From the NCBI GenBank assembly GCA_963630045.1, contig CAVGLF010000001.1, forward strand, positions 1-44,298: 44,298 nt of DNA, given 5' to 3'. Origin of the DNA: Butyricicoccaceae bacterium. Lineage in GTDB: Bacteria > Bacillota > Clostridia > Oscillospirales > QAMX01. The first letter of the stretch is position 1. Every line of letters starts with the position of its first letter. Positions 1 to 11,232 of this stretch are shown here, one piece after another. The notes under the pieces are model-generated. The model searched no databases, was not told where the DNA came from, and worked only from the letters and a program-made list of their open reading frames with translations. A program made the position numbers and the translations under genes.

Positions 1-112
1 GTCGGGCGATCCTTGAGGCACGAAGTTTTCCTATAGCAGGAAAACTTCGTAAGGATACTGTACGCAGTCTCACGACAGGAAGGGCAGTACGGGCGTGGGC
101 TCAAAGCGTAAC

Positions 113-156
113 AAAAAAGCTGAAATTTCTCCCTTGACAGGAAGAAATTTCAGCTT
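113..156 (-). terminator. Intrinsic terminator downstream of the ybaK-like gene
   Basis: Perfect 14-bp inverted repeat AAGCTGAAATTTCT (117-130) / AGAAATTTCAGCTT (143-156). On the minus strand the hairpin runs into a U tract (plus-strand A run 113-118). Confidence 0.7.
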
Positions 157-183
157 ATGAAGATGCCCCGATAAAGGAGAAAT

Positions 184-663
184 TCAGTCAATGACGTCGA
201 TTACTGTGGCTTCGGTGTAATGAATCAGCTCCTCTGCAGAGAGGAATACCTGTGCCCCGCGCTGTCCTGCACTGACGGCGATTTCGTCGAAGAGGATGCA
301 GGTCTCGTCGATGAAGGTCGGGTACTTTTTCTTCATGCCGATGGGCGAGCAGCCCCCGTGAATGTACCCCGTCGCGCCCAGAAGCTCCTTCTGCGGAAGC
401 ATCTCGATCTTCTTGTCCCCCGCGGCGGCTGCCGCCTTTTTCAGATTCAGCGTCGCATTCGACGGAATGCAGAAGACGAGGATGCCCTGCCGCTCGCCGC
501 GAACGGTCAGCGTCTTGAAGACCTGCTCCGCGGGAAGCCCGACGGCGCGGGCGACGTCCTCGCCCGTCTGACGCGGGTCGGAGGCATCGTACTCAAACGC
601 GCGGTAGGCGATGCCCGCCGCCTCCAGCAGACGCATGACGTTGGTTTTCAGCTTTTTTTCCAT
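184..663 (-). CDS. ybaK: YbaK/EbsC-family Cys-tRNA(Pro) deacylase (aminoacyl-tRNA editing domain protein)
   Basis: 159-aa ORF. Size and sequence pattern (KTLTV...ILVFCIPSNATLNLKKAA...GYIHGGCSPIG) match the stand-alone YbaK/EbsC trans-editing family. Confidence 0.8.
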   Translation of the reverse strand: MEKKLKTNVMRLLEAAGIAYRAFEYDASDPRQTGEDVARAVGLPAEQVFKTLTVRGERQGILVFCIPSNATLNLKKAAAAAGDKKIEMLPQKELLGATGYIHGGCSPIGMKKKYPTFIDETCILFDEIAVSAGQRGAQVFLSAEELIHYTEATVIDVID

Positions 664-684
664 ATGAATCGGCCTTCTTTTTAC

Positions 685-2625
685 TCAGTCTTTCAGATGC
701 ATGTAGCGATCCGCTTCGTTCCACGGAATGACGAAGCCCGCGCCGTGTCCGCAGAAGACGGAGCTTGCGTCCTCCGTCGGATCGCGCATCGGATCGTAGC
801 CCCGCGCGGCGATGTACGCCTCCGCATTCCGCATCGGCTCGTAGCCCGCCGCCTCCCGCTCGAAGGACGCCTGCCCCCGCGTCAGGGAGGCAAGCTCCCG
901 CGTGAGTCCCAGCAGTGCGCGCTCCGAGGCGCGTCCCGAGATGCGCCAGAGTCCTCCGCGGCTCTCCTGCGAAAGCTCCCCCGCGCCTCTGCGGCGCAGC
1001 TCCGCCGAAACCCTGCCGCCCGATTCCGAAGGAACCTCCAGCACGAAGAAGGCGTACGGCTCCAGCAGGACGCTTTTCCCCTTCATGAGCCCCTGACGGA
1101 TGGCGCGGCGGACGGCCTCGCGGAAGTCCCCGCCCTCGGTGTGCTCCTCATGCTTCGCGGCGGCTGTCAGCGTCACACGCACATCGGTCAGCTCCGAGCC
1201 CGTCAGCACGCCCCTCGGCACACGCTCCAGCACATGCTGCCGCACGAGATTCTGCCACTGCTGCGGCAGTACATCCGTATGGACGCGACTGCGGAAGGTG
1301 ATGCCCTCGCCGCGGGGTGCGGGCTCCATGAGAAGATGCACCTCCGCATAATGCCGCAGAGGCTCGTAATGCCCGCGTCCGATGACGGGCTCCCCAAGCG
1401 TCTCGCGGCAGACGACATCCGGCCGGGAGAAGGACGCATGAATCCCCGCGCGGCGCAGGAGCCTGTGCTCCAGCACCTCCAGCCCGATCTCGCCCGAGAC
1501 CTCGACCGAGACCTGCGCGATCGCCTCGTCCCACAGCACCCGCATCGAGGGTTCCTCGTCCGCCAGCAGCTCAAGCGTCTCCAGAAGCCTCTTCTGCGGA
1601 ACGTCCGTCGTCACACGCGCGCAGAGCGCGGGCGAATAGTCCGGCAGCTCCGGCGCACGGAAGCCTCCGTAGGACTCGCCCGCGCGAAGCGGCAGCCCCG
1701 CCGCTGCGAAGAGCTCCCCCGCCTCAGCCTGCGCAATCGTGGTGTACTTCGCGCCGTCCGCACGCCGCAGCTCCGAGATCCTGCCGCCTCCCACGCCCGA
1801 GCGCACCTGCAGCGTGCCGGAGGCCGCGCGGCACAGGCAGAGCCGCTGTCCCCGGCTGTCGCGCACGACCTTGTAGCACAGCCCCGAGGGAACGCCCTCC
1901 TCCCCCGCCTGCAGAACGAAGCGAGGCTCCGAGAGCCGCTCCATGAGATACAGCAGCGCATCGCAGCCCGTGCCGTCGCGCGCCGAGCCCATGAGCACGG
2001 GCAGCACCCGTCTTTCGCGGAAAAGCCTCCGCGCCGACTCCAGACAGCGCTCCGGCGTCGCCCGATCGCACAGGAAGGCCTCCAGCAGGCCGTCGTCACG
2101 CAGCGACAGCGCATCGCGCAGCTCCTCGGGAAAGCCTCCCCGGGATACCTCCGAGGCAAAGCCCGTGAAGTCGACTGCCGTCCCCAGCTCGCACAGCTCC
2201 GCGAGAAGCTCCTCCCGCCCTCCGAAGGGCAGGTCGGTCTTGTTTGCGAAAATCACCGTGGGGATCCCGAGCCTTTCGAGAATCCGCGCCAGGCTGCGCG
2301 TATGTCCCTGAACGCCCGCGGGCGCCGCCACGACAAGCACGGCGCAGTCCGCCGCCGCAAGTGCCCGGACGGCCTCCGGCGTGAAATCCGCATGTCCGGG
2401 CGTGTCGATGAGCGCAAACTCCGTATCTCCGCAGGAAAAATGCGCCTCGGAGGAGTAGATGGTGATGCCGCGCGCCCGCTCCTCCTCGTCGACATCCAGA
2501 TGGGTATCGCCTGCATCCACCGAGCCGCGCGTGCGGATGGCGCGGGTGCGGTAGAGCATATATTCGCCGAGCGTCGTCTTGCCCGCATCCACATGGGCCA
2601 GAATCGCCATGACGATCTTCTTCAT
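685..2625 (-). CDS. TetM/TetO-like translational GTPase (EF-G family, ribosomal-protection-type architecture)
   Basis: Start placed at [18 protein letters not shown] (ATG 2625). G motifs [17 protein letters not shown] and NKTD are present. The 647-aa length and domain order resemble TetM/TetO rather than EF-G (about 700 aa). The upstream in-frame extension to 2853 has no family support. Confidence 0.75.
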   Translation of the reverse strand: [646 protein letters not shown]

Positions 2626-2774
2626 ATAAAGGGTAAATCCTTTCCCCGATTCTTCTGTAAGGTGCATAAGCGGGTACCGCCTCACCCCCCTGTTTCTCGG
2701 GAATCCTTCCACCCCCGATTTTTCCCCCGGGGAGTGGGACAGAGGGCAAAGAGAGCCGCCTGATTGCGCTTTGA

Positions 2775-2803
2775 ATTTTAGCATATTTCCCGAAAATCCG
2801 CAA
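2775..2803 (-). promoter_or_regulatory. Candidate sigma-70 promoter for the GTPase gene
   Basis: Minus strand reads TTGCGG - 17 nt - TAAAAT with TG at the extended -10 position (TGcTAAAAT). It lies back-to-back with the pgm-side promoter. Confidence 0.4.
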
Positions 2804-2814
2804 GCCCCCGCCCC

Positions 2815-2844
2815 TTTACACGGAGGGCGGTTCGGGTGTATACT
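2815..2844 (+). promoter_or_regulatory. Candidate sigma-70 promoter for the phosphohexomutase gene
   Basis: TTTACA (2815-2820) - 18 nt - TATACT (2839-2844) preceded by TG (extended -10). Confidence 0.45.
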
Positions 2845-2896
2845 GAAAAGCATGATGGGAACAGAATACGACTGCAGGAGGATTTCTACAATTTTT

Positions 2897-4627
2897 ATGG
2901 ATTACAGAGCAGAATATGAAAGATGGCTTGCCTCTCCCGTATTAAGCGATGCGGAGCGCGCGGAGCTTTGCGCCATTCGCGATGACGAGCAGGAGATCCG
3001 CGACCGCTTCTGGGCGCCGCTGTCCTTCGGCACGGCGGGACTGCGCGGCGTGCTGGGCATGGGCACCAACCGCATGAATCTCTATACCGTGCGTCAGGCG
3101 ACTCAGGGACTGGCCGTGCTCATCGCGGGGCTGGGACAGGAGGCCTGCGAGCGCGGTGTCGCGGTCTGCTATGACTGCCGCCACATGAGCCGCGAATTTG
3201 CCCATGCCGCCGCCTGCGTCCTCGCCGCCGCGGGCATTCATGTGCTTCTGTTCGACGCCATGCGTCCCACGCCGGAGCTTTCCTTTGCCGTGCGGCACTA
3301 TCACTGCATCGCCGGCGTAAACATCACCGCGTCCCACAACCCCAAGGAGTACAACGGCTACAAGGCCTACTGGGAGGACGGCGCTCAGCTGCCGCCGGCG
3401 GAGGCGGATGTCGTGTCCGCGCAGATCGCCCGTGTGGATGTCCTGACGGGCGCGCAGAGCATGGACTACGACCGCGCCGCGGAGGCGGGACTCATCCGGC
3501 TGCTCGGAGCGGAAACCGACGAGCTCTTCCTTTCGTGCGCCATGGCGCAGTCCGTGGCTCATGACGAGGTCGAGCGTGCGGCGGACGGCCTGCGCATCGT
3601 CTACACGCCCTTCCACGGAACGGGCTACAAGCTCGTGCCGGAGATCCTGCGCCGCATCGGCCTGAAGCATCTCCTGTGCGACCCCGTGCAGAGCATCCCC
3701 GACCCCGACTTCCACACCGTCAAAAGCCCGAATCCGCAGGATCCCGAGGGCTTTGCCGGAGCCATCGAGCTGGCGCGTGAAAACGACGTCGATCTGATTC
3801 TGGGCACCGATCCCGACGCCGACCGCATCGGCATCGTCGTGCGCGACCGCGCGGGGAGCTACAACGTGCTGACCGCCAATCAGACGGGCTCGCTGCTCAT
3901 CGAGTTCCTCATCCGGGCGCGCCGCGAGCGCGGAACGCTGCCGGAGAATCCCGCCGTCATCAAGACGATCGTCACGACGGAGATGGCGCGTGCCGTGGCG
4001 GAGAAAAACGGAGTCTGCTGCGCGGACACCTTCACAGGCTTCAAATTCCTGGCGGGCAAGATCGCCGAGTTCGAGCGCACCGGCTCGCACAACTATCTCC
4101 TGGCGTTCGAGGAGAGCTACGGCTACCTCGTCGGCGACGGAGAGCGCGACAAGGATGCCGTGACGGCGGCGATGCTCATCGTCGAGATGGCGGCGTGGTA
4201 CTACAATCGCGGCATGACCCTCTGCGAGGCCATGGAGGATCTCTACCGCCGCTACGGCTACTACATCGACGAGACGGTGAACCTCATCTTCCCCGGCGTG
4301 GACGGCCTTGCGCGCATGAAGCGCATCATGGACGGCCTGCGTGAAAATCCCCCGGCCGAGATCGCGGGTGTCCGGACGCTGACGCTGCGGGACTACCTGC
4401 CCGGGACGAAGACGCGGCTTTCGGACGGAGCCCTGCTGCCGCTCGATCCTTCGGGCTCCAATGTACTGGGCTTTGACATGGAGGACGGCACGGTCTTCCT
4501 CATCCGTCCCTCGGGCACCGAGCCGAAGATCCGCACCTATATCCTCGCGCACGGAGACGACCGCGCGGAATGCGCTGAACGTGTTGCGCGCTACGCAGCG
4601 TACGCCCGCGCCCTGCAGAACGCATAA
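2897..4627 (+). CDS. Phosphoglucomutase/phosphomannomutase (alpha-D-phosphohexomutase family)
   Basis: Active-site loop GVNITASHNPKEYNGYK (phosphoserine motif TASHNP). The N-terminus MDYRAEYERWL resembles Firmicute PgcA-type starts. Start chosen at ATG 2897; an alternative ATG at 2852 cannot be excluded. Confidence 0.9.
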   Translation: MDYRAEYERWLASPVLSDAERAELCAIRDDEQEIRDRFWAPLSFGTAGLRGVLGMGTNRMNLYTVRQATQGLAVLIAGLGQEACERGVAVCYDCRHMSREFAHAAACVLAAAGIHVLLFDAMRPTPELSFAVRHYHCIAGVNITASHNPKEYNGYKAYWEDGAQLPPAEADVVSAQIARVDVLTGAQSMDYDRAAEAGLIRLLGAETDELFLSCAMAQSVAHDEVERAADGLRIVYTPFHGTGYKLVPEILRRIGLKHLLCDPVQSIPDPDFHTVKSPNPQDPEGFAGAIELARENDVDLILGTDPDADRIGIVVRDRAGSYNVLTANQTGSLLIEFLIRARRERGTLPENPAVIKTIVTTEMARAVAEKNGVCCADTFTGFKFLAGKIAEFERTGSHNYLLAFEESYGYLVGDGERDKDAVTAAMLIVEMAAWYYNRGMTLCEAMEDLYRRYGYYIDETVNLIFPGVDGLARMKRIMDGLRENPPAEIAGVRTLTLRDYLPGTKTRLSDGALLPLDPSGSNVLGFDMEDGTVFLIRPSGTEPKIRTYILAHGDDRAECAERVARYAAYARALQNA

Positions 4628-4703
4628 GGCGGAGCCCCCCTCCTTTTTAAAAAAAGAGCGGGTGGGGAACAGCAAAGATAAAAAAAGAAAGGATACCAAG
4701 CAT

Positions 4704-5678
4704 ATGAAAATTCGTGTGGCGATCAACGGATACGGGAATCTCGGACGCGGTGTGCTCTCCGCGCTGTCCCTGTGCCCGGATATGGAGCCGGTCTGCGTAT
4801 TCACGCGGCGCGACCCCGAATCCATCCGCGGACTCAGCATCCCGGTCGTAGCGGCCTCGGATGCCGCGCTCTGGGCGGATCGCGTGGATGTCTGCATCCT
4901 CTGCGGAGGCTCCGCGACGGATCTGCCCCAGCAGGGTCCCGTTTTCGCGCGTCTTTTCAACACCGTCGACAGCTTCGACACGCATGCGCGCATTCCGGAG
5001 TACTTTGCCTCCATGGATGCCGCGCTCCGCGCCTCCGGGCATGCGGGCATCATCTCCGTGGGCTGGGATCCCGGACTCTTCTCCGTCAACCGCATGATGA
5101 GCGATGCCATCCTGCCCGACGGCGTGGCCTACACCTTCTGGGGACGCGGAGTCAGCCAGGGACACTCCGACGCGATCCGCCGCATTCCCGGCGTACGCCG
5201 TGCCGTGCAGTACACCGTCCCGGTCGAGTCTGCGGTCGCGTCCGTGCGCTCGGGCGAATGCCCCGAGCTGTCCACGCGTGACAAGCACACCCGCGAGTGC
5301 TGGGTCGTCCTGGAGGACGGCGCGGACGCCGAGGCCGTGAAGAATGCCATCGTGACGATGCCCAACTACTTTTCCGACTACGACACGACGGTGCACTTCA
5401 TCGACGAGGAAAGCTTCCTGCGCGACCACACCGGCATGCCGCACGGCGGCTTTGTCCAGCGCACGGGACGCTCCGCGGACGGATGCCGCCACATGATCGA
5501 GTACAGTCTGACGCTGGAGTCCAATCCCTCCTTCACGGGCAGCGTCCTCGCGGCGTACGCCCGGGCGATTGCGCGCATTGCGAAAAACGGCGGCGTCGGA
5601 GCGCGCACCGTCTTCGACATCGCACCGGCCGAGCTCTCCCCGAAGACCCCGGAGGAGCTCCGCGCGACGCTTCTGTAA
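4704..5678 (+). CDS. ddh: meso-diaminopimelate D-dehydrogenase
   Basis: MKIRVAINGYGNLGRG N-terminus plus GWDPGLFS, WGRGVSQGHSDAIRRIPGV and HTGMPHGG blocks align closely with Corynebacterium glutamicum Ddh. 324 aa. Confidence 0.9.
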   Translation: MKIRVAINGYGNLGRGVLSALSLCPDMEPVCVFTRRDPESIRGLSIPVVAASDAALWADRVDVCILCGGSATDLPQQGPVFARLFNTVDSFDTHARIPEYFASMDAALRASGHAGIISVGWDPGLFSVNRMMSDAILPDGVAYTFWGRGVSQGHSDAIRRIPGVRRAVQYTVPVESAVASVRSGECPELSTRDKHTRECWVVLEDGADAEAVKNAIVTMPNYFSDYDTTVHFIDEESFLRDHTGMPHGGFVQRTGRSADGCRHMIEYSLTLESNPSFTGSVLAAYARAIARIAKNGGVGARTVFDIAPAELSPKTPEELRATLL

Positions 5679-5715
5679 GACCCTTTTTTTCACAGGCTGC
5701 ATACCGTTCCATGAG

Positions 5716-5761
5716 CTGAGATTCCCCCCCTTTTTTGGGCAGGGGGGAATCTCAGTTTTTT
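5716..5761 (+). terminator. Intrinsic terminator of ddh
   Basis: CTGAGATTCCCCCC (5716-5729) pairs with GGGGGGAATCTCAG (5742-5755), followed by T6 (5756-5761). Confidence 0.8.
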
Positions 5762-5769
5762 GCTGTTTT

Positions 5770-5900
5770 TTCCGGAACTGCCGTGCAAGCTCATACCTTT
5801 TTGCGGGGGTCGGGTGTGCCCGAACCCCTTTTATTTTGCTTACGCGTTCCTCTCCTGCTCGAGACTGCCGTACTCCCGAAGGGGGGTATGGCCGAGAGGA
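5770..5900 (+). repeat. Degenerate copy or copies of the hairpin-bearing intergenic repeat family, plus orientation
   Basis: GGAACTGCCGTG...GGGGTCGGGTGTGCCCGAACCCC followed by TTTTATTTT. It is colinear with the copies at 44160-44298 (GGGACTGCCGTG...GGGGTCGGGGGGTGCCCCGAACCCCC). Confidence 0.6.
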
Positions 5901-6185
5901 CCCCGGGCGGCGGGGCATCGCCGTGAAAAAAAGGGGGTCGGGGTACTCCCCGAACCCAAAGAAGCCCTTCCCCCGAATCACGGCAGTCCCCCGGGCGGCG
6001 GGGCATCGCCGCGAAAAAAGGGGGGTTCGGGGTACTCCCCGAACCCAACAGGAAGCCCTTCCCCCGAATCACGGCAGTCCCCGGGGCGGCGGGGCATCGC
6101 CGCGCGGAAAAAAGGGGGGTTCGGGGTACTCCCCGAACCCAAAATAAGCCCCCCCGAATCACGGCAGTCCCCCCGGGCGGCGGGG
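5901..6185 (-). repeat. Tandem array of about 3.2 units of a roughly 90-bp repeat
   Basis: The hairpin-loop motif TACT recurs at 5944, 6033 and 6127 (periods 89 and 94 bp). Each unit holds CCCGGGCGGCGGGGCATCGCCG, an A run, the hairpin GGGTTCGGGG-TACT-CCCCGAACCC, and GAATCACGGCAGTCCC. Read on the minus strand, each hairpin is followed by a U run. Confidence 0.85.
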
Positions 6186-6186
6186 G

Positions 6187-6208
6187 AAAAAAGCATGAGG
6201 GACTCCCC

Positions 6209-6224
<16 letters not shown>
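6187..6224 (-). terminator. Intrinsic terminator of the atp operon, overlapping the atpC stop codon
   Basis: GCATGAGGGACTC (6193-6205) pairs with GAGTCCCTCATGC (6212-6224). The atpC stop codon lies in the loop. On the minus strand the hairpin is followed by U6 (plus-strand A run 6187-6192). Confidence 0.8.
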
Positions 6225-8930
<2,706 letters not shown>

Positions 8931-8934
8931 ACGC

Positions 8935-10674
8935 TCACGCTCCCGCCCGCAGGAAGGCCGCAGCCTCCCTCGTAAGCTGCCCGGAGTCCTCCGGCGTAAG
9001 CTGCTCCGTCCGCGCGATGCGGGCAAGCAGCTCCGGCGCGGCCGTCTTCATATGGTCAAGGAGCTCCTCCGCCGCCCCGGCGACCCTCTGCGTGGGGATG
9101 CCGCGGAACAGATGCGCCTGACCCGCCGTGAGGAGGATGACCTGCTCCGTCTGGCTGCGCGGATGATACTGCCGCTGCCGCAGCAGCTGCATGAGCGCCT
9201 GACCGTCCGCCAGCTGAACCTTCGTCGTCTCGTCCAGGTCGCTTGCGAACTGCGCGAACACCTCCAGCTCCCTGTACTGCGCAAGCTCCAGACGGATGGA
9301 GCCCGCCGCGCGCTTCATGGCCTTCGTCTGCGCATCGCTGCCGACACGCGAGACGCTGAGTCCCACGTTGACGGCGGGACGCTGCCCCGAGAAGAACAGC
9401 TCGCTTTCCAGGAAGATCTGTCCGTCCGTGATGGAGATGATGTTCGTCGGGATGTATGCGGAGACGTCTCCCGCCTGCGTCTCGACGATGGGCAGCGCGG
9501 TCATGCTGCCTCCTCCGCAGGCATCGGACAGATGCGCCGCGCGCTCGAGAAGCCTTGAGTGCAGGTAGAATACGTCGCCGGGATAGGCCTCGCGTCCGGG
9601 CGAGCGTCCGAGCAGCAGGCTCAGGGCGCGGTAGGCCACGGCATGCTTCGACAGATCGTCATAGACGATGAGGACATCGCGCCCGGCGTTCATGAAGTAC
9701 TCCGCCATGGCGCAGCCGGCGTAGGGCGCCAGATACTGCATCGGCGCGCTGTCCGCCGCCGTCGCGGCTACGACGATGGTGTACTCCATGGCGCCCCTCT
9801 CCTGCAGCGCACGGGTGATCTTCGCCACAGAGGAGGTCTTCTGCCCGATGGCGACGTAGATGCAGATGACGTTCTGACCCTTCTGGTTCAGGATCGTATC
9901 CACGGCGATGGCGGTCTTGCCCGTCTGGCGGTCGCCGATGATGAGCTCTCTCTGCCCGCGTCCGATGGGGAACATGGAGTCGATGGCGAGAAGCCCCGTC
10001 TCCAGAGGACGGCGCACGGGCTGACGCGATACGATATCGGGCGCAGGCGCCTCCACGGGACGGTACGCGGCGGCCTCAATGTCGCCGCCGCCGTCGATGG
10101 GACGTCCCAGCGCGTCCGTGACGCGTCCGAGGAAGCTCCCGCCCACGGGGATGCCCGCCACGCGTCCGGTGCGGTACACGGCGCTTCCCTGCGTGACCGA
10201 TGCCTCGTCGTCGAAGAGGATGCATCCGAGCTCATCCGGCTCCAGATTCTGCACCATGCCCCGGACGCCGCCCTCGAAGAGGAGAATCTCCCCGTAAAAG
10301 GCGTTCTCCATGCCCGAAACGGTGGCGATGCCGTCTCCGACGGTGAGCACGGTGCCGGAGGTGCGCGGCAGCGCCAGAGGCTTCCAGTCGCGGATGGTGT
10401 CATGCAGGAGCGGAATCACGTCCGGGCTCTCCGCCGCCGCAGCCTTCATGCTGCGCTCCAGCTGCTCGAGTCTCCCGGCGGTGCTCCAGTCGAAGACGAC
10501 ATCCCCGTCTATGAGCTTGAAGCCGTTGCCCAGCGTGTGATCCTCGACCCACTCAAGCCTGAACGCGCCTCCGCGCCGTCCCAGGAAGGCGTGAAGCCGC
10601 CTCAGACGCTCGCCCTCGGGCGCCTGCGCACTGCGCAGGATGACCGTTCTCGGCTCGTCACGACCGGGCATCAT
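8935..10674 (-). CDS. atpA: F1 ATP synthase subunit alpha with an in-frame N-terminal delta(OSCP) C-terminal-domain-like extension
   Basis: Alpha core has Walker [16 protein letters not shown] and is 504 aa counted from the internal Met at 10449. The roughly 75-aa extension resembles the delta C-terminal domain ([22 protein letters not shown] versus E. coli [18 protein letters not shown]). Start chosen at ATGATG (10674), preceded by GGGAG with a 5-nt spacer; an in-frame ATG at 10695 is also possible. Confidence 0.85.
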   Translation of the reverse strand: MMPGRDEPRTVILRSAQAPEGERLRRLHAFLGRRGGAFRLEWVEDHTLGNGFKLIDGDVVFDWSTAGRLEQLERSMKAAAAESPDVIPLLHDTIRDWKPLALPRTSGTVLTVGDGIATVSGMENAFYGEILLFEGGVRGMVQNLEPDELGCILFDDEASVTQGSAVYRTGRVAGIPVGGSFLGRVTDALGRPIDGGGDIEAAAYRPVEAPAPDIVSRQPVRRPLETGLLAIDSMFPIGRGQRELIIGDRQTGKTAIAVDTILNQKGQNVICIYVAIGQKTSSVAKITRALQERGAMEYTIVVAATAADSAPMQYLAPYAGCAMAEYFMNAGRDVLIVYDDLSKHAVAYRALSLLLGRSPGREAYPGDVFYLHSRLLERAAHLSDACGGGSMTALPIVETQAGDVSAYIPTNIISITDGQIFLESELFFSGQRPAVNVGLSVSRVGSDAQTKAMKRAAGSIRLELAQYRELEVFAQFASDLDETTKVQLADGQALMQLLRQRQYHPRSQTEQVILLTAGQAHLFRGIPTQRVAGAAEELLDHMKTAAPELLARIARTEQLTPEDSGQLTREAAAFLRAGA

Positions 10675-11155
10675 GCTCGCTCCCTTCGACCGCATCGAGG
10701 AACCGGTCGTACACGTCGTTCAGCTGATCGTTCATCAGCTTATGCGCCGCCTCGACGGACAGCTCGGTGATCTCGCCCTGCGCGCCGCGCAGGATGCGCT
10801 GCTCCTCCCTCTTCGCCCGCTCACGGGCATCGGAGAGGATCCTGTCGGCGTCTCGGTGCGCCGCCTCGACGATGGCGCGCGCCTCCTCGGAGGCCTGTGC
10901 CTGCGCCGCCTCGCGGGTGCGCTGTGCTTCGGCGGCGGATGCGCGGGCGCGCTCCTCGTTTTCGCAGAGCAGCTTCTGCGCCGCCTCCTCCTTTGCCCGC
11001 ACCTCGTCCTCGCGGCGGGCATATCCCGCCTCGCGGTCGTCCATGAACTTCTTCACGGGCTTATACAGAATGAAGTACAGGCCGCCCACCAGGAGCACCA
11101 GATTCAGTACATGCAGCAGGATCTGCTGCCAGTCTATATTCAGCGGAATATTCAT
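10658..11155 (-). CDS. atpF: F0 ATP synthase subunit b
   Basis: 165 aa with a single N-terminal TM helix ([20 protein letters not shown]), then a long charged Ala/Glu/Arg-rich helix. It sits between atpE and atpA. Confidence 0.88.
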   Translation of the reverse strand: MNIPLNIDWQQILLHVLNLVLLVGGLYFILYKPVKKFMDDREAGYARREDEVRAKEEAAQKLLCENEERARASAAEAQRTREAAQAQASEEARAIVEAAHRDADRILSDARERAKREEQRILRGAQGEITELSVEAAHKLMNDQLNDVYDRFLDAVEGSEHDARS

Positions 11156-11232
11156 GTTACTTTCGCTCTTTTCCTTCCCAATCCCGAATTATTCCCTTTT
11201 TCCCCTCCAAAAAAAGAGGGAGAAGAGGGTCA

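Noticed and set aside
220-2763. 847-aa ORF on the plus strand
   Set aside because: It is antisense to the well-supported ybaK and TetM-like GTPase genes. The Arg/Ala/Pro/Gly-rich low-complexity translation is typical of spurious antisense ORFs in GC-rich DNA, and no family motif is present.
2626-2774. Tn916-style tet(M) leader peptide/attenuator upstream of the TetM-like gene
   Set aside because: There is no short leader ORF with an RBS, and no terminator hairpin followed by a U tract in the 145-nt leader. Only one weak G/C hairpin is present.
2942-5110. 722-aa ORF on the minus strand
   Set aside because: It is antisense to the phosphohexomutase gene and ddh, both of which have clear catalytic motifs. 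Composition-driven artefact.
5901-6185. Possible CRISPR array
   Set aside because: The sequence between the hairpin repeats is itself repeated from unit to unit, so there are no unique spacers. There are no cas genes in the window, and the unit structure is a simple tandem repeat.
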